64,000 nt of DNA from contig OZ365114.1 of the NCBI GenBank assembly GCA_977030845.1, forward strand, positions 17,918,001 through 17,982,000. The letters run 5' to 3'. Every line of letters begins with the position of its first letter. Within the stretch, counting starts at the first letter, position 1. This document shows positions 1-11,500 of this stretch, piece by piece. The DNA comes from Fimbriosthenelais zetlandica. Lineage: Eukaryota. The translations under genes and the position numbers were made by a program. The notes under the pieces were generated by a model. It searched no databases, was not told the origin of the DNA, and saw nothing but the letters and a program-made list of their open reading frames with translations.

Positions 1-2005
1 CCAGGCAGGTCTATACTTTAGCATAACATAGACACTGCTTGCATCAGAAGTACTGAAGTTCATTGCCAATGCAAAAGAAAGAGCCAATGCTGGTGGGAAA
101 CAGCTAGGACCAGACAAATAGCTTGAACACCCAGCAGTCCGTTGGGAGAAGAATGTTACACTCACCCTATTTTCCTTCCTTCAGCCCACAGGTGTGCTGC
201 TGAATATTATACTGAACATGTATAGCAGACCTAGATATGGCAAGGAGGTGGGAACAGCCACACTTCCTCTTCTCTGTCACTAAAACATATATATTGTCAA
301 ACTTGGTTCATTAGCGAACAGGCAAATAAGGTGGATGGTTTTCATGAAGACTCAGATAAAAAGGTACCTTCTTAGATCTCTCTATCCTCCACTTTTTTCC
401 AACTAGTACACTAGTGTTACCTTCTATCAGCAGAGTAAACCCTCAATTCTTCCGCCCTTCGACATGACGCCTATTTTCATCAGACATGGCTCAAGAAGGA
501 AGGCTGAAGCAGGTGCCACTAAAACCATTTCCTATAGTATTTTCGTGATTATTTACTGTTTGAGGATATCACCAGACTATTGACCCCCCATTTCATGGCA
601 GATATACAGCACGGTGACTTGTACCATCGATCCATTTAGTATTTGTAAGGCTGGTCTTATAAGGATTTGCTTTCACCTGATGGAAAACCTATACTTTTCT
701 TCGACTGAGGATAGAATTCAATTACACTCAAGCTTAATATGCAAATAAATATCACAATGCAGATTCATAATTCTCTGAACAAAGCCAATATTAATAGACA
801 TATATCTGATTCTACTGTCAAAATGAATCTCGGTGTTTACAAGCATTATTTTGATGACTCATTCTCTTTAAAGAGCATAGGCAATTTGACAGACAAGGTC
901 TAGGATAGTTGAATATACAATGGGCAAATACTATTTTATTTTCGGTTGTTTGATGACCGACTGATGGACCATGGAATAAAATAAAACGGTATAGTATTGT
1001 CTGTTGCTCTTCAATATGAAACTGAAAGTAATTTGTTCAGACAGTAATTTCCGCCAGAGTCGCCCTGTTCCCACTTGTCAGAAGTACAATACAGTACAGT
1101 ATGGGAATATTGCAAATAGAAAATACACAAAACTTACAGAATATTAAAAACATGAAAACTGTGCAAACATTCACGTCTTCTTCGGTTTCTCATGATTACT
1201 TTTGGACATTTCATCTAGCAACTTTACACAAAAGAACAATTGCACATACAATGTATAATGGAAGCGCAATATCAATGGTAACAAAAAGAAGTCGATAATA
1301 ATTTCGTTCGGGGATGTTATAAAATATGTATGATTACTGTTAATTGGATCGTGTGCATAAAGATACAGATATATGCTGCATTGTGCTTGCCTTAGAAATG
1401 GATTGGGAACGTGTGTAGCAGGTATTCACTGCAGACCAAAATAAAACACATTCCCGGGAATGAGAATCCTTATAATTTCATACATATGTTCTAGGCCATG
1501 ATTTTGCTACAGATAAGCAAAGTCAGATGTAAATTCCTCCATATCTATTAGATCTACTGTTCACTTCCTTTGAATGTATATAATTATATATGTATTCAAT
1601 CTATGGAACAAATAGTCGAAGGCCTACAGTGCAAATCCAGTGAAAGGTGTGCAAATGCCTCGAAAATGAGTTTTAGCCCCATTTTTTTTACCAGTTCCTT
1701 TTCCCTGTATTTTTTTCGCTCCGAAAGGTCAATGAGGACTTGCTGTGACTTGGGGGTTTTGTATATCTAGGGTCAATATTTTGGCCTGTATGGGCTAAAA
1801 ATGACAATTTTTGTCCCATTTTTAGAAAAATTACCCCATTATCATAAATTCATGGCCCTCCCCAATGTCGAATTCATGTTATTTTTTTTACTTTGCACTG
1901 GTCTGTCATCCAATATTATCGCCAAGATACGTTTAAGCTAATTTTTGTATTTTTTTACTGTATTAGCATAGGTACAGGAATCAAAAAACAGCTTTCCACA
2001 ATGTT

Positions 2006-2378
2006 TGTATATGAGTATCAGCCTTAAGAGATAAAGGTCCCCTACTGTTAAGTACTGATGGAAGAGGGTTCACAATTTTTTCTAAAAATAAGGGTCCTCC
2101 CTACCATACATCTTGGTGCATTTATTGTGAAAAAATTTTAAAAGCGGTATATGGGGGAGGGCAAAACTTATATTTGAGATAAATACTGTATATGAGTATC
2201 AGCATTAAGCAAAAACGGTTTTCTTCGAATTATTCCAACAATTAACATATTTAACTATTGATACCACATTTAAAAAATGCCTTACCATGGAGGTATTAGC
2301 ATATCATAATAACTCCTAATTTGGAAAGTTTCCATGGAAACCACAGCATGAAGATGGATTTGAATATCAGCATTAAGC
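2006..2378 (+). repeat. Three spaced direct copies of a ~20-bp motif (TGAGTATCAGCATTAAG) inside the TIR element
   Basis: TGTATATGAGTATCAGCCTTAAG (2006-2028), TGTATATGAGTATCAGCATTAAG (2187-2209), TGAATATCAGCATTAAG (2361-2377); cores are 181 and 168 bp apart. Confidence 0.78.
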
Positions 2379-2835
2379 CCATCGAGATTGCCATCAATTA
2401 GCTTTCATATTTCCTTATTACCTATAGAACATTTTCTATATTGGTCAGATATTTTAGTCGTCATTTTCCCACAGGACCTAACAGTCACCCTGACTATAAC
2501 ATTAAACTTATCAGCCACTTTTGTCTGGCACTGATACTTAATGAAAAAGTGAGAATAAAAGAATTTTCTGGAAAGGTCGAAATCAAAAATCAATCCCAAA
2601 ACCAACAAATCTGACTATAGTTGGATCCCTGGCCCATCAAGCCTAGAACTGTCAGGTATATGCCCCATATATTTTTTTCAAAGCGGATATATGGACACAC
2701 CTCAACTACAAAATAAAATTCTTAAAAAAATAGCATGGTCTGAAAAGAAATTGGCTCAAATAACCCATGTAGTGGTTAAAGCTGGTCCTCATGTACAGAC
2801 AGAGTTGATTATAGATGACCACCTAACTTTATTAC

Positions 2836-2849
2836 GTTACCATGGCAAC
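2836..2849. promoter_or_regulatory. RFX X-box-like palindrome GTTACCATGGCAAC (a variant, GTTTCCATGGAAAC, lies at 2328-2341)
   Basis: Sequence matches the RFX consensus GTNRCC-N(0-3)-RGYAAC. Both sites lie inside the transposon; function is not shown. Confidence 0.3.
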
Positions 2850-3367
2850 CGTTTTTCATATTTAACTCCAGAAATTTATATTTTTGTATAGCCCCACACC
2901 TATACTATATGCACCTAAAAACTTTTGATCCTCCTCCATTTTTATTTTTTTCGTGATTTTAGGCCCATTTGCACACCTTTCGCTGGATTTGCACTACATT
3001 TGGAAAAAATCATAGAGGCCATACATAACAATGCTATGGAATACAATTAAGCAACTTTCAAACTTTCTATGTTTCAAGTGTTCAAAAGGCTAACCTGGAT
3101 GAATCACCGAAGAAATACAGAGATAAATATATAGAAATAAATTAGGATAGAAATTGTTGGTGCTATGCATTGAGGGGATCCCAATCCCTTCAGGTTTCCA
3201 TCCACAATTCATCCAAGGGGCATACCTCCACAAAGTTCTCCCTGGGGTTATTTCTAGATCTATGCAATCTCTGCAAAATAAGCAAAGAAAGAATGGAACA
3301 CTGATTTTATTTACCGTTTTTGACCATAGAAAGACAAGTCATGGATGAGTTGTTCACCAATGTTTAT

Positions 3368-3415
3368 ATGGCCGCCATTTTGATTGTGTGACGTCACACG
3401 AAAGACACAATATAC
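3368..3415. repeat. Probable terminus of a short interspersed DNA element carrying YY1-like (GGCCGCCATTTTG) and CRE-like (GTGTGACGTCACAC) motifs
   Basis: ATGGCCGCCATTTTG at 3368-3382 and a perfect 14-bp palindrome at 3386-3399; downstream GACGTCACACGAAA...TATA resembles GACGTCGCGTGAAA...TATA at 4727-4750. Confidence 0.4.
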
Positions 3416-3639
3416 CAAATTGTGGTCGGAAGATAAAGCATTACAGGGGGAAGCCAATGGGAGGAGGGTACTTCGAAGAAAGACATTTTAATGAATGAAT
3501 TAAGTTAAACTTAAGATATTTCGGATGCAATAAAGTTAAGCTTTTTTCTATACAGAAAATGCAGAGGTAATCAAAGACAGACTGACTATACAAATGTTCC
3601 TCATTGTACTGCCCTGAGCATCATGTTTCCTCACACCCA

Positions 3640-4180
3640 CTTGTTACATATCTTCGTCAATGCCTTCCCTCCTTATGTTTATGGCACTGTAGACAGTCTT
3701 TGGCATTTCATATCGTCTGCAGGCACTTTCTGGTATTTCATACCCTGTCAATATTTGTGAGTGGTGTAGGATGCCCTTTTAGTTAGTGCTCTATCATACT
3801 AGTCTATGTCGTGCTATTTGCCTAGGTTACAAACAGTTGTAGTTGAGAGTGGAAAGGTTGATAGAGGTCGCATTACAGAGAGGAAAGGCGGCGAATAGAC
3901 GAATAGAATGGGAGAATCAAGGCAGAAGAAGGATAAAACATATAGCAGACAATATGACCATAAAGCACATTCAATCTACTTATTTGACTGAAGGTATTGC
4001 GATCATTTTGACTTACATTGCAGACAATGAAGTCATCTATGTACTGATCAAATTTGATTTAAAAAATTCTATCGTGGAAAGACATTTTCACTTATTAATA
4101 GAGGGCATTGAGTACATAATTATAAAGAAGATAAGATATTTATGTGACAGGCCATGTGAGAAGGCAATCAATGTTTCATA
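3640..4180 (-). mobile_element. Highly decayed LINE (L2/CR1-like) reverse transcriptase C-terminal relic
   Basis: The minus strand gives, in the expected order and with stops/frameshifts, QYIDDFIV (YxDD-like), TVCNLG (cf. VRNLGV) and KASY..(H)LTNIDRV..KY (cf. KAAYYHLRNISRIRKY). By-eye match only. Confidence 0.35.
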
Positions 4181-4691
4181 TTCCACAGGTTTCCCATACA
4201 GTCATAACCGTGCCCATAAATGATTTTTAATTTTGTTCGCTCAGTATTTTATGGTCCACTCTGTAGCGATGTTGTCAAGGCATTGACGTCATTCACTAGT
4301 TTCCACAGCTTCCATGCAGGTTTGAAACCATTAAATCACCACTTATTTATGGGGAAAAGACATTGTAGTGAGTAACGTAGAAATATAATGCCGGTAATAC
4401 ATCACATTAAGGGTGCTAATAATGCCTGTCCGTGGAGACAGTAATTAGGGCAATTGAACACAACACTCTCAATCAGGATTATGGTTATCTTTATCAAATG
4501 ATAAACCAGATAAGCATTGGCATCGCAACAGTGTTCTGTGAATTATTTTTCCCTTGTGACTTTCATTATCTATCACAAGCATGATCGGACTGAATCATTG
4601 CGCGAATAATAAAACAGAAAGGACTGGGAGATCGAGATCGAGTAATATGCCGGATGTTAGGTTGATGTACATGTTGTTTGGACGTAGCTAT

Positions 4692-4750
4692 TATGGCGGA
4701 CTGTCGCATCATGACGCATGCATGAGGACGTCGCGTGAAAACCCTCTATA
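4692..4750. repeat. Second copy of a CRE-containing element terminus (reverse complement reads TATAGAGGGTTTTCACGCGACGTC...CCGCCAT)
   Basis: CpG-rich tract ATGGCGGAC...GACGTCGCGTGAAAACCCTCTATA, with the same motif order and orientation as 3368-3415. Confidence 0.4.
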
Positions 4751-4784
4751 GGATCGTACTATACACGGCCTTTAGATATTTTCT

Positions 4785-5530
4785 TCAAGGACATTTATTT
4801 CCAAGTCAAATGTGTTCACCAGACTTACAGAATGTCAACTGAACAGTATCCATTGCCACATGCAGTACCACCTGCCTGTTCTTACCATGTTCACCTCTAG
4901 ATGCCACTTATTGTCATTATCCCTCTTCAGATCTTGAAGTATAGCAAAAAGGTGACCACCTGCCTCCCGTGGGTGTCAAAGAGCGACCAGTAACAATAGT
5001 TAACATGTCAATATGAATCAATAATGGATAAATGCATCAATTATTGCCATGCTGTGGTCATGTCTTTAGGTCATAAATTTCTATGCGAACTCACACGACA
5101 CAGCTTGTTGCTCCTGTACAGCCTCAGGCTTTATAGACGTCCTTCAATATTCATAAAGCTAGGACTTCTGTATGTGTAACCTGTATTTGTCATTATTTAA
5201 TGGGAATGCCAGGAAGTCTATGACTGTAACCACGCCTTGTGAAGATTATTCACAGGCTGGCCATTTTTATCGACCAGCCTATGTACCAACATTTGGAAAT
5301 AAACAAAGCATGTATAATTATTAGCCTTAAACTATATATATTATATATGATGGACATAGCAGAACAGTGGTGATTGCATTATTAGCTGCATTAGAGGAAG
5401 GATTATTGTTGAAATCAATTCAGCAAAGTGTGAGATTTAATGTCATCTAAGGAATTTCCTCTTTCGTTTTAAGCCCAATGGGTTCATAGTCATTGACTGC
5501 TGTCAAAGGAAGAACAATCAGAGGAAGTAC
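4785..5530 (-). mobile_element. Decayed LINE reverse transcriptase relic, Rex1/Babar-like
   Basis: Ordered minus-strand motifs: NDYEPIGL (~5497-5471; cf. NDYRPVAL), NAITTVL (~5380-5360; cf. DAIxTxLH), TGATSCVV (~5117-5094; cf. TGAPQGCVL), LEINV (~4805-4790; cf. LxLNVxKT). Order and spacing fit an RT domain; multiple stops and frameshifts. Confidence 0.55.
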
Positions 5531-6589
5531 AAGTGACTCAAAATAACAAAGAGCTCCTGCGAAGTGTGGGCGTCTGTCCGCTGATATGATGGGGTGAAAA
5601 CTACTGATGTTGACCCCGCTAGCAGCGAAAAGGAGAATTAGCTTGAAGGACATGCAATAAGGTCATCAAAAGGCTCTCAGCAATGTTGTAAAATTACAAT
5701 AACTAAGTCTGCCCCTTCGTTTGTCAGAGATTAGCTGACCTATCGATTATATGCTGCGACTCTCCTTCTCCCTCCATCCTCCATCAATTATACTGTGGGT
5801 GGGTGTATAAATGCGGGTGAAAGGTTGCTAAACAGCCAAAGCAGCCAAAAGCATGCGACTCTAAAAGAATAAGGCTCTAGATGGGGAAGATAGATTAATA
5901 ATGGGAGGTGACAGACGGAAAGGGATTTATCTTAGTATCACTTACGAAATCCTACCCCATCCTCATTGGCTTAATACATGTAGATCTGGAATATTTATAT
6001 CCGTAGGCAGTCCAGACATTAGTCATTCTAGAGAAAGGGGACTGAAGCGTTAAGCTTATAGAACTTCACGCAATGAAATTATTCTAATTCTACAAGTGCG
6101 TCTAGTGTATTTGTCTCATTCGCCGAACAGGAAGTAAGCAGCACTTCTGTGGGGTATATATAGGCTTCTAATAGTTTCTACATTCTAAAGGACTCGGTGA
6201 GGTAATGGCATGGAAAAGATTACAAGACAAGCAAAAACCAGTAATTTCCCCTCTCTATGCCTCATTGCCTGCTGCTTCTTTCTTTTCACAGCTGGCCACT
6301 CTCCCAATCTTTCATCTTGTTCAGCTGAGTTACTCAGAGGGACCTTCTGATTAGGAAAATAACAGGTTTTAGTTGAGTACCCATCATGATTGTATACATA
6401 TAATGCTTGTATATTATAATGACTGTGTACTCCTATAGTGCAGTGGTATTGTGTATATATTTTCTTTTGGCCACTTCTGTCTCGGCTATAGGTTGGGGAT
6501 ATAGTTCTCCTCTCTGTTTCTGCTCACGTTCCTTGGATTTCATGCTACATGGTTTTCCACTCTTGTGGGATCTAAGGCTGGAATTAGGT

Positions 6590-6860
6590 CCCAGAACCAA
6601 TGTGTGATTTTACAAGGGTATAATTCAAACAGGCTCAGGGTGATCCAGTATGTCAGACCAAAAACATCCTGGGATAAATCGAAAAGCTTTTCATGCGATC
6701 ATGTTCCATAAAACATAGTGGATTACCAATCTTCTATGTTTGCACAGTCTCTGGGTGATCCTAAGTCAATTATACCCAGAATAATGAAGATTCATCAACT
6801 TATACATGAACTAAGTGAAGAAATCCGGATCAGTTTAGAAATCCAAAAATGTTAGTTTGA
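6590..6860 (+). mobile_element. Decayed CR1-like LINE RT relic
   Basis: QNQCVILQGYNSNRLRV followed, after a frameshift, by ILG (cf. RxQxVxLxGxxSxxxxVxSGVPQGSILGP), then MFA (cf. FADD). By-eye match. Confidence 0.35.
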
Positions 6861-8299
6861 GATTATTAACCGACCATGGACCTTTTGATAAGACATCATG
6901 CCTACGTGGACTGGGACTCCAACATTTCATAGAACATAACCCTAAACTCTCGTTTCATTCTTGTCGAAGAGTTCTGCAATGTTGGGGCCCTCTGTGACTT
7001 GGAAAGCTTAGCTGAACAGAAAGCATTGTTCACGGACCAATGTGTGCACCGTCTATGAGCCCCGCAAGCACTAACCCTCCCTACTCAAACATCAGGGCAT
7101 TTATTGGAATTCTGCCTGGCCTGGCCCTGCTGACTGGAAACACTGCTTCATCAATAATCATTGAACATCAGCAACCCAATATCTTGTAGGTAAAACACAC
7201 GCAGTGCCTAACAATCATGAGCAGCAAAATGCCGCAGTCTGCAGAAATGCCATTCATAAATGTTAAAGGCTTATCATGTATCCAAAGTGTTTATGTAGTT
7301 CTACCGTTTTGCGGAACTCTTTTAGACCTTGTCATTCATTTCATTTAATAATGTTTTGTGATCTGCAAATAGTGCCAAATTGGTATCACATCAAGTTTTG
7401 AGCCGGATGAAATTTCTCTGGGGAGCTGCATGTGGCTTATGGGCTGTCTTTTGTGGCATGCCATAGCGAGGAACTCCCATGCAGGATTTTTGTGCCATTG
7501 GAGCTACATGATCACAATTTAAAATTCAAGTGGAGTGGGCCTAATATTATACTAGCATCAAACACAAAAGCAGCAAGGGTGGCAAGGAGATTACAATGAA
7601 CATTTGCGAAAATCGCAATGCAAATATTCTAAATGAATGCGAGGCGAAGCTCCTGCTGCAGCCTTCACCTTGTGAGACAAATCCATATATCCCCTTAGTT
7701 GCCTATGGCTAAAGAGTCATCTAGCTAGACAACTCCAGTGCAGTAGCATATAATCCAGTCTGAGATTTTGATTTATGTATGGGCAGGGATACGTCTGGCT
7801 GGTGTCACTCGTTTACTTCCCTTTAACTTTTGGTGGAGAAAAGGAATGGGTCTACTCCCCGGTGTATTGAAGGCACTGTCTGACCACCCAGAAGGACTGC
7901 CAATAGATGGTCAAGTTCATATTCATTTCCGAACCTCTAGAGAGCAAGGCAGAAGACCAAGGAGGAACCTGATGGGTGTAGGCACTCTATATTGACTGCC
8001 TCAAAGGAACCATATTAGCCAAAAGGAAAAGAAAACACTTGTGTTTCCCATTACACAAACTCACCCAAATCTCACTTTTATCTTTCGTCTTTTAAGCACT
8101 TAGTTCTACAATACATTAGTATACAGTTGTTTTCCCAATCATACTGAATAATCATTTGACATGGAGCTTTAGATGAAATATTTTTAAACTATTCTTCCAT
8201 ATGGCGTGCGTGTTAATTAGAAATACACTTGCATGAGGACCCGCTTAATCCTAATGAACTTTTGCTACTTGGTACCTCATTCTCCCCCGGCCAGAATTC

Positions 8300-8540
8300 C
8301 CCCCACACTATGAATACAAGAATAGGGTGGAATGACCTAATTTCGGAACGAAACATGATTAATTATAAATGAATATTTTCTATGACCAGTTTGTGTTAAA
8401 AGTTTCTTATTTGAATATCCCCGTGGATTGTAAAATCAATTCATCGTGTACTGAGGCGATACATAAGCCTTGTGAATACTGGATTGCGTGTCGGGGTGGG
8501 GGAGGGTCTTTAATTAAAGGTGTTATGATTCTCACCCGAC
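8300..8540 (-). mobile_element. Decayed LINE RT N-terminal relic
   Basis: Minus strand IITPLIKD (~8526-8508; cf. VTPLLKK), followed ~170 bp later by SFRN-(frameshift)-GHST (~8350-8325; cf. QSGFRxGHST). Confidence 0.4.
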
Positions 8541-11500
8541 TGATGGCTTGGATTGATGGTAGGTTTAAGTTCAGGGGTGGGTTTGGATGGCTGTAAAGGG
8601 GCGGTAGTGGGCAGGAGAGGGTGGTTGGAACTGTGCTATAGTGGATCATAGCAGACGTCTTCTTGAAGGTCAGAGGAAAACTTATCCTAAAAGGTAATGA
8701 CTTTCGGAAATGAGCCTGACGAAGGTCTTTACACCTCTATTATTATGGTCATTTGAATAGCGTCATGGATTACTTCCTTGACATTCAGCTCCCATGTAAG
8801 GCACATATGACCAATCAGTATGCAAATGAATTACAGCTCCTCTGAGCAGCCACTTGGGACTGTTGTGGGCGTGAAATGAGCCCCTAGAGAGCCCTCAAGT
8901 TGAGCCTTCCATGGCGGTTTATAGTGTGGGTCTCTATTGATACAAATCACAAAGGATTCATTGAGAACATGAACATGGCGATGACCAATGCATGGATGGC
9001 ACTTTGGGTCATTCTTATACTAGAGATATGACGGCCTTGTAGCGTGTTTAGGACAGGCACAATGGGTTGAAGGGCAAATTATGGCACCCCTTGAACCTGG
9101 GAAGTATGGATGTGTCACAGAATGTGCCACTCGGTTTAAAATAACTGTCCCGGAATGCGTGAGGGCTGCACCCGTCAGCTTTCAGGGTACAGATACCCGT
9201 CTGTGCCCCTGGTACTTTGATATGCTCAGATCCTTGTCATCAGTGGTGATGAATGTCAATCACTCAGTGATGCTCGGTGAATGTGCATGATTATCCCATC
9301 AAGCACCACTATTTGGAGAAGTATCAAACCAAATGCTTTTAAGGAAGTCCTTTACTCCACAAAGCTGGCAATGATTTAACAACTCTCTTAACGGGTTTGG
9401 GCCTCATTTAATTTCAAATGAAAACTCCAATTCAATTTTGACTGGCATTTGGAAAATCGGATCGAGATTTTGAGATAAATGCATTGGGACATTCCATGGG
9501 ATGGTGCTTTTCATCTCCACTCTGCTTTTTCCCATTACCTAATTTTAAGTTATGAGATTTCCAAGGAACTGTTGAGCTGCCAATTGGAGTGTGTGCTTCA
9601 AAATCAATAAAGGTTGCTTTCCCCCAAACAATCGGGGGCTCCAAGAATCCATAAACCTTCTTAATGCCCAGGTTACCACAGGGCGAGATCGACTTTATAG
9701 TATTTAATTATAAACTAAAACTCATTAGTCTGAGTGAAATAATTAAATTAGGATTAAACTACACTGAGTAAGGACCCTTACTGCCAGAGTGTTAGGGGAT
9801 GGAGTGTACGTGTACATGTATTATTGAGTACTTGAATGACAGGACAAGTGCATGGTACGATGCAGTTGTTAGAGATTACACTTGATGTTGAAAAATCAAT
9901 AAAAAATTCATGTTATATAATGGAAAGTCCTTCTAATGGGGATTCAATAGTCCAACCATGAATTTATGTTGTGTCTAAATAAAAGCATCCAACGTTTTCC
10001 TCATTGATCTACACATAAACTTAATGTTAAACATTATCTGTGAATGTATATTATGTGTCAAGGACAGCGAACCTCAAATAGACCAACATCAACCCTGCTA
10101 TATAGCCATACTACTCTATGACATGTCCATACGTTCTTTTTACATTGATGATACACAAGAGTGAAAAAAGGGTTTCCAATGTCAAGATCACATCCATTTC
10201 GCTGAGATATCATATGCTTGAAGCATTGCTACCAGATAATATTTTATCATGGATAGGAAGCTGCATATATAGAAAAGAAGTAAAGCTTTATCTGCACATT
10301 ACCGACGGGCCTCACGTGTGACAAGGCAATCCCAGTGGAATATATTAATGATATAAAAAGCTGGAGAATGTACTATCACCTCCCTACAAGCAGGCAACTG
10401 TGTTTCGAGGAGGTTTTCCCTGAAGTGTTGCCATTCACATATAAGAAGTGTTACAGTAGCCCTTTATAAATATCCCAACGTCAAATATATGGACAGTCCC
10501 ACAATATTTCCGTGTTACATGGGTATATTCCCGACGGCTTTAATAGGGTGTAAGAAGTGGTATCTCTTATCTCTATATACACAGACGTTTGTGCTCCAAC
10601 ACCTATAGTGCACCATGCATGGCAGCCACCATTGCTGTTCACAATCTTTAAAAGCGCACCTGCGCCAATTCCCAGAGGAGCCACTCAATTGTACCCACGG
10701 TGCCAGAAGCGTGGGAAAAACAATCATGATTAATTATCTGATATTCCGGGTTGGTGATAGACTTGGGTGAGGATGGTGGCTCCTCGGGGGATACGACGAT
10801 ATTACGCTAATAATCGCCCCCTCACTGAGGCTTTGCTCTCTTCCTCTTTTCCTCAGAGATCTCCCAAAGTCATCCTTTAATTCGTCTGTCACTTTTGCAA
10901 GGCGAAATCTTGGGGTGTTTTTCAATCGTGGTATTCCATGACCTTTATATCCATGTTCATCCAGCTGAAGTAATGTGAATTTGTATTGTCAGATTGACAG
11001 ATTAAATCTGTGCAATTTGCTCCTTCCAATAGTAGTTTTGCATATCAGTTTCATTATGTACTTGACAGTTATCTTTCTTTCGTTGTGAGGGAATTTAAGT
11101 TGATGAGATCTCGGAGTCAGTCTAATAGCAATTACATCTCCATCTTTACATCATAATTGCAACTGATAAGATGAAGATTGAATAATACTGATCTGGCAGT
11201 CAGGGAATCGGGAAAATATGCAGGACAACAATTTTCATTAAATGCATACATCAGCAAAGATAGGCCGATGCATTCCTTCTATTGGCAGACTACTAGTATA
11301 GTTATCAACATATCAACAATCAGACATAATATGTAATCAATTTTTCTGACATTTTTGTAACGTTATGTGCAGGTGACATAAGACTGTGAGATCTTTTCAG
11401 TGTTGTTCAGTCCAAACAGTGTCATTTTCAATCATCGATCATTGTAACACAAGCCTTGACAGGTACTTCTTTCTACTTGTCTGCATGTTTCAATCTGTGC

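Larger units (their letters stand above)
1627..2996. mobile_element. Non-autonomous DNA transposon (~1.37 kb) with 31-bp terminal inverted repeats; TA|CAGTG left end suggests Tc1/mariner superfamily
   Basis: Left end 1627-1657 CAGTGCAAATCCAGTGAAAGGTGTGCAAATG vs reverse complement of 2966-2996 TAGTGCAAATCCAGCGAAAGGTGTGCAAATG (29/31 identical). TA precedes the left end; the right flank reads CA, so the target-site duplication is degenerate. No transposase ORF inside. Superfamily assignment is inference from the terminal bases. Confidence 0.8.

Noticed and set aside
1449-1462. Perfect 14-bp palindrome CATTCCCGGGAATG (STAT-like spacing)
   Set aside because: Isolated short palindrome, plausible by chance, with no supporting context.
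3843-4223. 126-aa plus-strand ORF
   Set aside because: It lies antisense to a probable LINE RT relic and has no recognisable motif.
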